A stretch of DNA of 64,000 nucleotides from NCBI GenBank assembly GCA_045807965.1, contig JBJMGJ010000380.1, forward strand, positions 2,218-66,217. The letters run 5' to 3'. The notes beneath the pieces were generated by a model. That model searched no databases and was not told the DNA's origin. It saw only the letters and a list, made by a program, of their open reading frames with translations. Source of the stretch: Bryobacteraceae bacterium. Its GTDB lineage: Bacteria; Acidobacteriota; Terriglobia; Bryobacterales; Bryobacteraceae. Below are positions 39,432 through 48,959 of the stretch, in pieces; positions within the stretch are counted from its first letter, which is position 1; every line of letters starts with the position of its first letter. The position numbers and the translations under genes are program-made.

Positions 39432-42400
39432 TACTGGTCAGAGCTCCCTTCGCACGAGAAATCTGGTTGTTGGTCTGACGATAGATCTCCGCACGAGACA
39501 GAGCCTTGGGCGACATGTTGTTCTGGATGAACGTGAGCGGCGCCGGTGGTTCTGCCGTTGCTGCTGCGGTGCTTGCCCGCTGATTGGCTGCATAAGCCGC
39601 AGAGGCATCTCGTGCTTTGGTCGTATCGACGGTGAGCGGTTTGCTTGCCAGCATCGACCCGATTTGCGAAGCGCCCTTCTGAACGTTGGACAGATCCAGC
39701 ACCGGAGAGATGACCGGATTCATATCCATGTCTCCATTGACAGCAGAGCCCAGTCCAGCGATAGTCTTCTTCATCGAATCGATGGCAGTATTGCCGATAA
39801 CCTCCGCTGACCGTCCTACTGCAGTGGCGTTTGCTTCCAACCCTTGCGCCATACCCTGTGCAGTAAATGCGCCCAGCTCAGCGAACACCTCGGAAGGAGA
39901 CTTGATTCTCAACGCCTTCTTCATGCGAGCAACCATGTAGTCGGCGATCTGATCCATCTGCTTCTGAATGTTCTTCTGCTGAGACTGTAGACCCTTGACC
40001 AGACCGGCAGCCGAGTCGACCGCAGCCTGGTAGAGCGACGACGAAGCGGACTTGCCGATGCCCGCCGCTGCTTTGTCCAACGACGAACCCAGGGTGTTGA
40101 GATTCTGCACCGCAGACTTACCACCGGCAAGAAGTTGCTGCATGAACGGCATCGCATCGAGACCTGTTCCCAACAACTGCTGGTACATCTCGTTGTTGAG
40201 TCCACGCTTGCGAAGTTCCTGAATTGCGATCGAGAACTTCTGGGTATCGACGATTTGCTGTTGAAGATTCTTGACGTAATCGTTCAGGCTGGTGTCTTTA
40301 GCAACAGCTTGCTGGGCACCATACTGATCCTGCAGGCTCTTGTTGTAGTCGTCACGGGTTTTCGTGGCGTCGGATAGAGCCTGCTTTGCGTCCTTGATCT
40401 TCTGGGTAAGGACGTCATTCTGATCCGCCAGCTTCTTCTGCCTGGCATACTCGTCGTCCAGTTGGGTCTTCAAATATTGATGCGTTCGAATGCTGGTCTT
40501 GTACTCGGTTGTAGCAGCAGCCAGCACCTTCTTCTCGTCTGCGATCTGCTTGACGGTCTTGCCTCGAGCAGTTAGCAGCCGATCATATGCTGCCTTTGCA
40601 GAATCGATCGCGTTCTGCCTGGCCTGTGCCGACCGCTTACGCTCAGATGCCTTCTTACCGGTGACATCTCTAGCTTCTGCTTGATCGATTCGTTTCTGCG
40701 CAGCAGCAAGATCCTTGGCGTTCTGTACGTTTCTTGCCCGCAGGTCGGCGATACTCTTGTTAGCTGAAGCCATTCGCTCTTTAGACTTCTGCGTCAAGTT
40801 GTCGATATCAGTAAACATGCTCTGCACGGCATCGTGGATTTGTTGTTTGTTGCCCACGATACCAATAGCGAAACCTCGAGTTAGATCATGGCCAATCTTG
40901 ATGAACTCTTTCGAAGGTGAATGCGAATCAAGGATGTTTCTCGCCCAATCGAGAGCACCCCCGGCCATGTTCTTTACCGCATCCCAAACATGGCTGGCCA
41001 GGTTCTTGACACCATCGACCATACCATCGATGATTGCCTTGGCCAGATTCCAACCGGCATCGCTCATCCGCTTACCATTCTTACGAATAGCGTCGGCAAT
41101 GCCATTGACGAAGGATATGATCAGGTTGACACCGGCCTGAATGATTCGCCCAATGTTCCGGGAGATACCATTCAGGAAATTGACGATGATGTCAGCAGCC
41201 TTGTCAACGACCTTGCCGATGTTCTTACCGATGCCATCGAGGAATCCGATGATCACCTTCATACCGGCATCGACGATTTGAGGAATCGCCGTAACGATAA
41301 CCTTCAATATCGCCTTGAGCACGACCAGCATGGTCTGTGCCGCCTTGGGCACGAACTTGATGATGGCGTTGGCGAACGCAATCAGAACGGCCGTGATGGC
41401 CATCGTAATCGCTCCACCGGATATGGCGATGACCTTGGCAAAGGCGACAATGCCCAGCCCAATCTGCTGTGCCACATACGGAATAAGGCCAACCAACCCC
41501 GATACGATCGCTACGATCGCAGCCGTACCCGCAGCACCCGCTGCCGCCAACAGGGTCAAACCAGTGGCGAACGCCAGCACACCCACACCGGCCAAGAGCA
41601 TCGCAGCACCGAGCAGAGCAATGGATGCCGCCAAGCCGAGCAACACCGGCACAACCGGCGCAAGGATAAGCCCAGCCAGACCAATGACAGTAAAGACGCC
41701 CGCCAACATACCCAGACTGGCCGCGATCTGACCAATCGACATGTTGGCGAACGCCATCAGTACCGGCATCAGCATGTTCAGTGCAACCGCCATGACCACC
41801 ATCGCGGCAGCACCGGCCAAGCCGCCTTCCATGGCCCGCATGGCAACGACCAATATCGCCAACGATATGCCTAGTCCGACCAGACCCTTGGCGAGTTGTT
41901 CCCAACTAAGCGCAGCCATAATGCTGAGTGCATTGGCGAGAACCTCAATCGCCACAGCAACCACTAGCAGGCCGAGCATCTTGAGGAAGTTGATCTTCGA
42001 CAGGAATTTCATCGACAAAGCGATCAAACCAAGACCGCCAGCGATGCCGACCAGACCCTTGGCAATATCATTCCAACTGAGAGTTGCCATCTGTTGGAAC
42101 GCCTGCACCAGGACCATCAAAGCGCCGATTACCTTCGCCACCGACAACGCCGACATGAGCGACGTCGCTGGCATGATCTTGAGTGCTCCGGCAATACCAA
42201 GCAGACCGACCATCAATCCGGTAAAGCCACGCTCCATGTCAGACCAGGACATGGTCGCGAACTTGATGACTGCGTTAGCCAGAACATTGATAGCCGTAGC
42301 CATGATAAGGAGACTGAGTGCATCGGCAACGCCGGTTGCACCGGACTTCTGCAGTCTGCTGAATATAGCCAAAGCCGCCAGTGTTCCGGCCAGCCCGGCG

Positions 42401-44889
42401 AGACCCTTGCCGATGGTCGCCATGTCCAGTTGGCCAAGCGACTTAACTGCCTTGACGAGAATATTGAGTGCGACGCCCATGAGGATCATGGACAGGCCGA
42501 CCTTGATCATGTCCTTGCTGCTCTTGGACAATACCTTTGCCCCGGCAGCCAGCAGACCGATCAGAATCGTGATACCGATGAGGCCATTACGAAGCTGGTC
42601 GATCGGAATGCCGGACAGAATCTTGACTGCGGACGCCAGCAGAATCAATGCCACGCCCAGCCCGACGAGTCCGATGGCCATCAAATCCAACTTGGCGATG
42701 GCTCCGTACGATCCGACCTTGTCGAAGGCCTTCAACGCACCAGCGAGTTGAGCGAACATGACCGTAATGGCACCGGTTGCAGCGGCCAGCCGAGCTGGCG
42801 GAATCGTAGAAATGATCAACAGGGATACAGCCAGAATTCCGATAGCACCAGCGATCTTGAGAAGCGCCGTAGCCTTGAGATTCTGCTGCATGGCCTTCAT
42901 GGTTCCGGTCAGACCCTCAAGACTGTCCTTGAAGGAGCTGAGGAATCCCCCAGGACCGTTTTTGCCACCGAACAGGTTGAAGTTCTTGATGCTGGCGGCA
43001 AGCTTCTTGAGTACTAGAATAAGTCCAGCACCGAGACCGGTCTGGATTGCTCCCAGAACCTCGTCCCAGTTGATGTTTCCGAGTCCACCACTGAACTGCT
43101 TGGCCAGACCGGAGAACCAATTGCCAATAACAGTGGCCATGTTGTAGAAGAAGGCTATGAAGCCCTTGAAGCCGTTGAGCAACTTGGTCCAGATGCCAGA
43201 TGCTTTTTGGCCGGTGTCGGCAACCGCACTGAGACCGGCATTGAAGTTCGCCAACGCCTTGGTGACGTTTCCGGTGTCGAAACCCGCGAACAGCGAACCG
43301 ATCCATGCTCCGAACTGACTGAGCAACCGAATCGGAACTTTGAGAACATCACCGATCTTGCCGAATATCTGGCCAAAGGTGTCACCGGCCTTGATTCCCT
43401 TGTCCAGTGCAACAAGGAAATCGCCGATGCTCCCAGTGAACTGCAGAATTCCGCCAGCACCGCCACCAAACTCACCGAGCAAGTCGGCAACGAATTTGAC
43501 ACCAGCCTTGATGATCTGCCAACCGATGTCGAGCACGGCGAACAGGCCAGCGAACGTACGTCGGAGATTCTCTGACGTCTGCTGACTGGGAACCAGCGAT
43601 CGCATGAGCATTTCGAACGAATATGTGAGCTTGACCAGATCGGTAGCGGTCTTCCGTGGAAATATGTCACGGAAAGCGTTACCTATCGGACCCAGGATAC
43701 CGCCGAGGGCGGCAAATGCATCCTTAAGACCGAGAATAAGGTCCTGGCGGCCACCCATGGCCTTCCAGTCCTTGAGCACACTGTTTCGAGCATTGGCTGA
43801 ACGCTGAACGAATCCACTGACGACATTGTTGATGTTGGTGAACAGAACCGTGGCCTCGTTGAAGTCACCAAATAAAGTACGGAAGGTGTCAGTCCAACCA
43901 GAACCGACCGCTTCTCGAATTGTACCCATCAACTGCGTGAAGGTACGAACCTTGGTAGCCGCATCCTGAGCAGTCTTCTGCTGTGACTGGAACGACTTGA
44001 TCTGCGCATCGGAAAGACCCATAGTCTTCATCTGCGCGACGGTCATGTCGCCAGCCATGATCTTCAAATACTTCGACATGACATCGGCAGTCAGCCAGCC
44101 CTTTTCGAGCGAGCCGTTGAAGTTCTTCTGAATCTTCGACGCCGTTTCGCCATGCGCAGAGACGGTTCCCATCGCATCAGCGATCTGGACCAGACTGTCC
44201 TGCATGTTCTTGTTACCCATGCCGACGTTCTGTAGTGAACGCCAGTCCATGAGTCGGATGGTGCCTGCCGAAAGTGCCTGAGACAACTGATAGGCTGCGC
44301 TTGCGGCACCTTCTGCATTGGTACCAGATGCAGCGGCTTCGTTCGAAAAGCCCTTGATCATCGATGTGGCGTCGCCGATCTTGATGCCAGCATTGGTGAA
44401 CAAACCAATGTTCTGGGTCATCTGACCGAAGTCATAGATCGTCTGGTCAGCATACGTGTTCAGCTCGTTGAGATTCTTCTGAACCTCAGGGAGTTTGGTG
44501 CCGTATCGTGCCGTGTTCGCTAGAATAGTCTGAGTCGAACCCATCATGAGTTCGTACTCGTGGAAACCTGCCGAAATCGGCGCAATCGTCATCGACTTGG
44601 CAAGCTGCAGTCCAGCGTTAACTGCCTTGTTAGTGATGTTGCTGAGCGCCGTGATCGCAGTAACTTGCAGAGCGGAGAATCCGCCCATCAAACTGCTGAT
44701 CGAATTCTTCATCCCGTCCAGGGAAAATCGACCAGCTGCGGCAGCAGCTTCCTCGATACCCTTGGCGGCGCCCTCGAGCCTCAGCCCGCTTTTCAGATTG
44801 TTCAGATCGCCGATCGTCTTGTTGACACCGGAGCCGAACGCTTTGTTGTCGAACTGCATCTCGACAACGCGCTGATCGATGCTGCTCAT
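39415..44889 (-). CDS. tape measure protein, 1824 aa
   Basis: Very long and Ala/Gly/Leu/Ile-rich. N-terminal MSSIDQRVVEMQFDNKAFGSGV. Long hydrophobic core and C-terminal coiled coil. ATGA overlap at 44886..44889. Confidence 0.85.
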   Translation of the reverse strand: MSSIDQRVVEMQFDNKAFGSGVNKTIGDLNNLKSGLRLEGAAKGIEEAAAAAGRFSLDGMKNSISSLMGGFSALQVTAITALSNITNKAVNAGLQLAKSMTIAPISAGFHEYELMMGSTQTILANTARYGTKLPEVQKNLNELNTYADQTIYDFGQMTQNIGLFTNAGIKIGDATSMIKGFSNEAAASGTNAEGAASAAYQLSQALSAGTIRLMDWRSLQNVGMGNKNMQDSLVQIADAMGTVSAHGETASKIQKNFNGSLEKGWLTADVMSKYLKIMAGDMTVAQMKTMGLSDAQIKSFQSQQKTAQDAATKVRTFTQLMGTIREAVGSGWTDTFRTLFGDFNEATVLFTNINNVVSGFVQRSANARNSVLKDWKAMGGRQDLILGLKDAFAALGGILGPIGNAFRDIFPRKTATDLVKLTYSFEMLMRSLVPSQQTSENLRRTFAGLFAVLDIGWQIIKAGVKFVADLLGEFGGGAGGILQFTGSIGDFLVALDKGIKAGDTFGQIFGKIGDVLKVPIRLLSQFGAWIGSLFAGFDTGNVTKALANFNAGLSAVADTGQKASGIWTKLLNGFKGFIAFFYNMATVIGNWFSGLAKQFSGGLGNINWDEVLGAIQTGLGAGLILVLKKLAASIKNFNLFGGKNGPGGFLSSFKDSLEGLTGTMKAMQQNLKATALLKIAGAIGILAVSLLIISTIPPARLAAATGAITVMFAQLAGALKAFDKVGSYGAIAKLDLMAIGLVGLGVALILLASAVKILSGIPIDQLRNGLIGITILIGLLAAGAKVLSKSSKDMIKVGLSMILMGVALNILVKAVKSLGQLDMATIGKGLAGLAGTLAALAIFSRLQKSGATGVADALSLLIMATAINVLANAVIKFATMSWSDMERGFTGLMVGLLGIAGALKIMPATSLMSALSVAKVIGALMVLVQAFQQMATLSWNDIAKGLVGIAGGLGLIALSMKFLSKINFLKMLGLLVVAVAIEVLANALSIMAALSWEQLAKGLVGLGISLAILVVAMRAMEGGLAGAAAMVVMAVALNMLMPVLMAFANMSIGQIAASLGMLAGVFTVIGLAGLILAPVVPVLLGLAASIALLGAAMLLAGVGVLAFATGLTLLAAAGAAGTAAIVAIVSGLVGLIPYVAQQIGLGIVAFAKVIAISGGAITMAITAVLIAFANAIIKFVPKAAQTMLVVLKAILKVIVTAIPQIVDAGMKVIIGFLDGIGKNIGKVVDKAADIIVNFLNGISRNIGRIIQAGVNLIISFVNGIADAIRKNGKRMSDAGWNLAKAIIDGMVDGVKNLASHVWDAVKNMAGGALDWARNILDSHSPSKEFIKIGHDLTRGFAIGIVGNKQQIHDAVQSMFTDIDNLTQKSKERMASANKSIADLRARNVQNAKDLAAAQKRIDQAEARDVTGKKASERKRSAQARQNAIDSAKAAYDRLLTARGKTVKQIADEKKVLAAATTEYKTSIRTHQYLKTQLDDEYARQKKLADQNDVLTQKIKDAKQALSDATKTRDDYNKSLQDQYGAQQAVAKDTSLNDYVKNLQQQIVDTQKFSIAIQELRKRGLNNEMYQQLLGTGLDAMPFMQQLLAGGKSAVQNLNTLGSSLDKAAAGIGKSASSSLYQAAVDSAAGLVKGLQSQQKNIQKQMDQIADYMVARMKKALRIKSPSEVFAELGAFTAQGMAQGLEANATAVGRSAEVIGNTAIDSMKKTIAGLGSAVNGDMDMNPVISPVLDLSNVQKGASQIGSMLASKPLTVDTTKARDASAAYAANQRASTAAATAEPPAPLTFIQNNMSPKALSRAEIYRQTNNQISRAKGALTSNARPS

Positions 44890-45266
44890 GCTGAGGTCAC
44901 CGCCTTCCACACAGTCTGTGCGATGTCGTCAAAGATCGGGCGAATAGCTGGATTGATAAAATCACGACCTTGGACGTAACCTCCGGTGCCGGTTCCATGG
45001 CCGTATTGAAGCATGATCACGACCGGAAAGCCATTCTCGATGTCAGAGTTGGTCCAGACAATCGCAAATCCGCCCCTATTTTGACGAACTTCATAACCCC
45101 ACGACCGAGCGGCCAAGCTGGTACGAACCGGGGTTGCGGCTGCCAAAGCTTGAGCACCTCTTGCCGCCTGGGCATCCACTAGTCGTGGAATGTCTAGCTT
45201 TTGGGCGGTTTGAAGAAAGCGCTCGGTGTTTTTGAAGGAGCCACGCTGGGTGATTCGGATCGCCAT
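44886..45266 (-). CDS. HK97 gp10-like tail/neck protein, 126 aa
   Basis: IENGFPVVIMLQYGHGTGTGGYVQGRDFINPA resembles the gp10-family core (E.G....P..PF..PA) as I recall it. Confidence 0.5.
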   Translation of the reverse strand: MAIRITQRGSFKNTERFLQTAQKLDIPRLVDAQAARGAQALAAATPVRTSLAARSWGYEVRQNRGGFAIVWTNSDIENGFPVVIMLQYGHGTGTGGYVQGRDFINPAIRPIFDDIAQTVWKAVTSA

Positions 45267-45287
45267 GCGGCTCCTTTCTGTATGTCG

Positions 45288-45476
45288 TTAAGACGTCACG
45301 ATGTGGTAGCTGTTTCGGGCTTCGAAGTAGCTTCCATTGGAGGAATCCACTCGATAAGGCTCACCGGTTTCGAGTACGGTAGCCGTTCCGCCCAGATCGG
45401 AGAGCTGCTTGGTGAAAGATCCAGCCAGTCCACCATCATCTGTTGTCTTCGCTGTCAGAGTGATGTCAAATTCCAT
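45288..45476 (-). CDS. hypothetical protein, 62 aa
   Basis: ATG 45476 (MEFDITL) behind GGAG. The 152-aa track ORF overlaps the fibre gene. Confidence 0.45.
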   Translation of the reverse strand: MEFDITLTAKTTDDGGLAGSFTKQLSDLGGTATVLETGEPYRVDSSNGSYFEARNSYHIVTS

Positions 45477-45486
45477 CGGCACTCCA

Positions 45487-46359
45487 CTAGGTTTTGATGA
45501 TGTAGTTGAGGACGACGTAGGGCTGGAGGTTGTTGTGGGCGCCACCACCGCCTGTTGCTTGGTTGGTAGCTGTAGTTGAGTTGTTGGTTGCGGTGGTATT
45601 ATTGCTCGTTGCTGTGGCGGCATTGGACGTCGCAGTCGTCGATTGGTTAGTTGCGGTATTCGATGCGATTCCGGTATAGCCGATGCCATCGATGTTGGTC
45701 GACGGCGCCGTGATGGCATACGGACTTGTCGTAGTGCCTGCTGCAACCCGAGCGCGAGCCGCTACGCCACTCACATAACCCTGAAATCCATCCACCGCAG
45801 CATTTGACTGCGCGTGACCGTGAGCATCCTGGGTATGATTGTGCGCATTCTGTGTGTGACTGTGCGAGTTCTGCACGTGAGTATGCGCAGTCTGGGTATG
45901 CGTGTGCGAATCTTGAGTATGGCTGTGCGTAGGCATCTCTGCTGCGGTGAGCAAATGGGTCTTCTCGCCACCCGTCTCACCTAGTACATCGAATTCGGTC
46001 TGCGTAGGATCTGCTCCTACCGGGACGCGTCCTTTGAGATTGGGGAGATTAAAGGTGTTAACACCATCTCCGGCGCCGTAGGTGGTTCCGATGGCGGCGA
46101 AGAGATCGGGGTACACAAAGCGACTAAGAGCACTTCCGTCACAAACGTGCCAACCCGTCGGAGCCGTGGCACCCGCAAACATTGTAACCGTACCAGGTGG
46201 TCCAACGCCTTCCGGACCACGAACACCCCCCGCATTGATTTCATCTCCGCCGCGTGTACTAAGAAGAAGATTTCCCTGTGGATCGACCAGCCCACCCGTA
46301 ACCGAGGATGCTTCGATCTCGAGCATTCGCGCCGCTGTGAATGCGGTAACCGTGGCCAT
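45487..46359 (-). CDS. tail-collar-domain fibre protein with six HxH heptads, 290 aa
   Basis: FAGATAPTGWHVCDGSALSRFVYPDLFAAIGTTYGAGDGVNTFNLPNLKGRVPVG (tail collar). HSHTQDS-HTHTQTA-HTHVQNS-HSHTQNA-HNHTQDA-HGHAQSN. C-terminal HNNLQPYVVLNYIIK. Confidence 0.75.
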   Translation of the reverse strand: MATVTAFTAARMLEIEASSVTGGLVDPQGNLLLSTRGGDEINAGGVRGPEGVGPPGTVTMFAGATAPTGWHVCDGSALSRFVYPDLFAAIGTTYGAGDGVNTFNLPNLKGRVPVGADPTQTEFDVLGETGGEKTHLLTAAEMPTHSHTQDSHTHTQTAHTHVQNSHSHTQNAHNHTQDAHGHAQSNAAVDGFQGYVSGVAARARVAAGTTTSPYAITAPSTNIDGIGYTGIASNTATNQSTTATSNAATATSNNTTATNNSTTATNQATGGGGAHNNLQPYVVLNYIIKT

Positions 46360-46371
46360 GCATCCTCCTTT

Positions 46372-47067
46372 CTAAAGTGAGCTGATTTCATAAGTGTTGC
46401 TGTCAATCACCACAACGGATGGCCAGTTGATCTCGAACGTCGTGTCATCCAGCATCGTGATCGCATCATCCGGGCCAGTAACGGTGAACGTTCCATCACC
46501 ATTGTCGACAACCCGAAGAATGGAATTCGCTTCAAATATGTCAAAGATTTCTTGCGGATTCGGTAACCGAGCCAAGCCTACTTCGGTTCCATAGAGCACA
46601 TCTTCGAGTTGTGCTCGTGCCGAAGAATATGCGGTTTCATTGACAATGAGATGCGCACTGGGTTTTGCTCCCGGAATGGCAATCGGCGTCGTCGTAATAT
46701 CGAAACTCCATTCGATCGGAGTCTCGTTCTCATACGTCGCATCAGACCATTTGGCTCGAGCATTGTAAACCAGATGCAATCGATAACCACTCTCGGTCAG
46801 CACTCGATAAGAGAAACCAAACGGTAATCCTGGAATGAGCGACACAGGATATGTATACGCCTTGATGGTAGCAGAGAAACTTTCTTCACTTCGTTGATTA
46901 ACTACTTTTACACCGTCTCGATAACGAACTCGAGTACGAAGATCCGCAGGTGTCTGATGCACCGAGATTAACCCGTTCCATGCCTCGGCATCTTCATTAG
47001 CCGGAAATATGACGCCTTGATCAACGCCATCCCGATAGCTACCGGTAGGCCATTGGATTCTAGCCAT
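46372..47067 (-). CDS. tail tube (major tail)-like protein, paralog 3, 231 aa
   Basis: ATG 47067. MARIQWPTGSYRDGVDQGVIFP and SYRVLTESGYRLHLVYNA align with the other two paralogs. Confidence 0.5.
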   Translation of the reverse strand: MARIQWPTGSYRDGVDQGVIFPANEDAEAWNGLISVHQTPADLRTRVRYRDGVKVVNQRSEESFSATIKAYTYPVSLIPGLPFGFSYRVLTESGYRLHLVYNARAKWSDATYENETPIEWSFDITTTPIAIPGAKPSAHLIVNETAYSSARAQLEDVLYGTEVGLARLPNPQEIFDIFEANSILRVVDNGDGTFTVTGPDDAITMLDDTTFEINWPSVVVIDSNTYEISSL

Positions 47068-47695
47068 TGAACAAGTCAATCAGTTCGGTGACGGACGGCA
47101 AACGAGAACTACCTACCTCGTTGCCGTAAAGAATATCTTCGACCGAAGCAAGCAACGTAGGATCAGCAAAGCGCGAATCGATCACGAAATGCGCTGTCGG
47201 TTTCACTCCGGAGCCCATCGGAGGCGTGGTTGTGATGGCCCAACTGTATTGTGCTGGATCAATCGAGTCGTTAAGCGTGCTGTTCTCTCGATCCGTTGGG
47301 GCAGACAGCGCATTATACACGAGATGTATCTTGTATGCGTGATCTGCGCCATCGATATCGTTTCCAACGCGGGTACGATACGAAAGACCGAAGGGCTTTC
47401 TAGGTTGCTGAGTTGCGAACAATCCGTTGTGTACCGAAACGGTACCATCACAGGCATTGAACTCGGCTGGTGCGAAGAATGCATTGATCGTGGCCTCGAA
47501 TTCTTCCGCAGCAGCAATGTTCAAGTACTTGATGCCATCGAGGTAGAATGGCTTTGCATCACCACCGCTCGGAGATTCGGTAACCGAGATCAATCCAGGC
47601 CAAGCGATTCCATCTTCTCCGACATACAGAACGCCCTGATCGATTCCTGTCTCGTAATATCGTTCACCGATAGCACTCCAGTCCAGTCTTGCCAC
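47060..47695 (-). CDS. tail tube (major tail)-like protein, paralog 2, 211 aa
   Basis: GTG start behind GGAGGA. GERYYETGIDQGVLYV..AWPGLISVTESPSGGD..LSYRTRVGND..YKIHLVYNA. Confidence 0.55.
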   Translation of the reverse strand: MARLDWSAIGERYYETGIDQGVLYVGEDGIAWPGLISVTESPSGGDAKPFYLDGIKYLNIAAAEEFEATINAFFAPAEFNACDGTVSVHNGLFATQQPRKPFGLSYRTRVGNDIDGADHAYKIHLVYNALSAPTDRENSTLNDSIDPAQYSWAITTTPPMGSGVKPTAHFVIDSRFADPTLLASVEDILYGNEVGSSRLPSVTELIDLFNG

Positions 47696-47708
47696 GCCAT
47701 TCCTCCTC

Positions 47709-48248
47709 TCATCCGCGAGTCCTCAAGTTTGCTCGTCGTTGTGCATTCAACTCACGCTGTTGTCTTGCTGCCTCGGCTCGACTCATCTTCTTCGGTGGCG
47801 CGCTCTTGTGGTTGCAGACTCGAACGAGTGTGATGAGCCGGTTCAGATGCCAATGCTCACATTCGAACGGAATCTGATAGGTGACCATCCAGTGATAGAT
47901 GATCTCTGCCGTGATGATCTCATTGTTCGGACGTTGATCACGCTCAGTGATCGTGGTGGCCGTCATCTTTGCATTGATGTACTCGTTGATGTCGGTTAAG
48001 TTCAAACTACTGAGTCGTGCATAGACGATATCAGGAACATCCAACGTAAGTGTCATTGCTCGAACGTACCATAGGGTTTCTTCGTCGGTCTTTTCATTCT
48101 TACCGAGGAAGGGTTTCTCGAACTTGGACTCCCATTTTGACAGGGAGGCCAGAGAATGCTCCAGGTCCAAGACGAATACTTCCGAAGGAACGAACTCGCT
48201 CGTCGCCTCGTCGAAAGCCTCGTCCATTACAACCCTAAGTCGGAGCAT
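47709..48248 (-). CDS. tail assembly chaperone-like protein, 179 aa
   Basis: ATG 48248 behind GGGAGG. Lies inside the tube gene cluster. LEHSLASLSKWES..IIYHWMV..WHLNRLITLV resembles chaperone-like proteins I recall from Gram-positive phages (weak). Confidence 0.35.
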   Translation of the reverse strand: MLRLRVVMDEAFDEATSEFVPSEVFVLDLEHSLASLSKWESKFEKPFLGKNEKTDEETLWYVRAMTLTLDVPDIVYARLSSLNLTDINEYINAKMTATTITERDQRPNNEIITAEIIYHWMVTYQIPFECEHWHLNRLITLVRVCNHKSAPPKKMSRAEAARQQRELNAQRRANLRTRG

Positions 48249-48274
48249 CCTCGGCCTCCCTGTCAAAATCGGTC

Positions 48275-48949
48275 TTACGGACCCGTCGGAGCGAACATGG
48301 TGATGACCTCGTCCGGGAGAGGAAGGCTCGCCCCGGTGTCGGCATCGCCGTACAGTGCCGCTTCCAGCGTGGCCAGCGCGCCTGCCTGAACCTTGGTTGA
48401 GTCGATGGTGAGCAGCGCCGTCGGCTTGCTTCCAGCGACCGGAACTGCCGTGGTCGTGAAGTCCCAGCTGAAACTCAGCGCCTCCGGAGAGTCGTTGATC
48501 GTGCCGAAGGCCTTCTCCGACGGGGCGGCCAGAGCACCGTAGACGAGGTGCAGCTTGTAGCCGTAGTCGGTACCCAGTGCATCGTTGCCCTTGCGCGTGC
48601 GGTAGGACAGACCGAAGATCTTCCGGCTCTGCTGACCGACGTAAACACCCGGATGCGGTACCACGGTACCGTCGCAGAGAGCGAATTCCTCGGGGTACGT
48701 GAAAGCCTCGATCGTACCGCCGAACTCTTCGGCCGCGACCAGGTTCAGGTACTTGATGTTGTCCGCATACTGCGGGCTGGCGTCAGCTCCGGATGGTGAT
48801 TCGGTGACGGTGGTCAAGCCGTTCCAGGCATAACCGACGCCGTAGACGCCAGCGTTGTCCCGAATGTAGAGCACCCCCTTGTCGACGCCTGTCTCGTAGT
48901 AGCGATTTCCGACCTGATCCCAGACAAGCGGACCTGCTGGTGCAGTCAT
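48275..48949 (-). CDS. tail tube (major tail)-like protein, paralog 1, 224 aa
   Basis: GNRYYETGVDKGVLYI..AWNGLTTVTESPSGAD..LSYRTRKGND..YKLHLVYGA. First tail gene after the head-tail joining genes. Confidence 0.6.
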   Translation of the reverse strand: MTAPAGPLVWDQVGNRYYETGVDKGVLYIRDNAGVYGVGYAWNGLTTVTESPSGADASPQYADNIKYLNLVAAEEFGGTIEAFTYPEEFALCDGTVVPHPGVYVGQQSRKIFGLSYRTRKGNDALGTDYGYKLHLVYGALAAPSEKAFGTINDSPEALSFSWDFTTTAVPVAGSKPTALLTIDSTKVQAGALATLEAALYGDADTGASLPLPDEVITMFAPTGP

Positions 48950-48959
48950 GGTGTTCCTT

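Noticed and set aside
40921-43017. Several 300-aa plus-strand and alternative-frame ORFs inside the tape measure gene
   Set aside because: They are nested in the single long minus-strand frame that has clear tape-measure character. Their translations are compositionally biased.
44886-48248. Canonical tail assembly chaperone pair with a -1 frameshift upstream of the tape measure
   Set aside because: The genes directly upstream are gp10-like, a 62-aa ORF and a fibre. I saw no slippery heptamer followed by an extended overlapping frame. The only chaperone-like candidate is 47709..48248, which has no evident frameshift partner.
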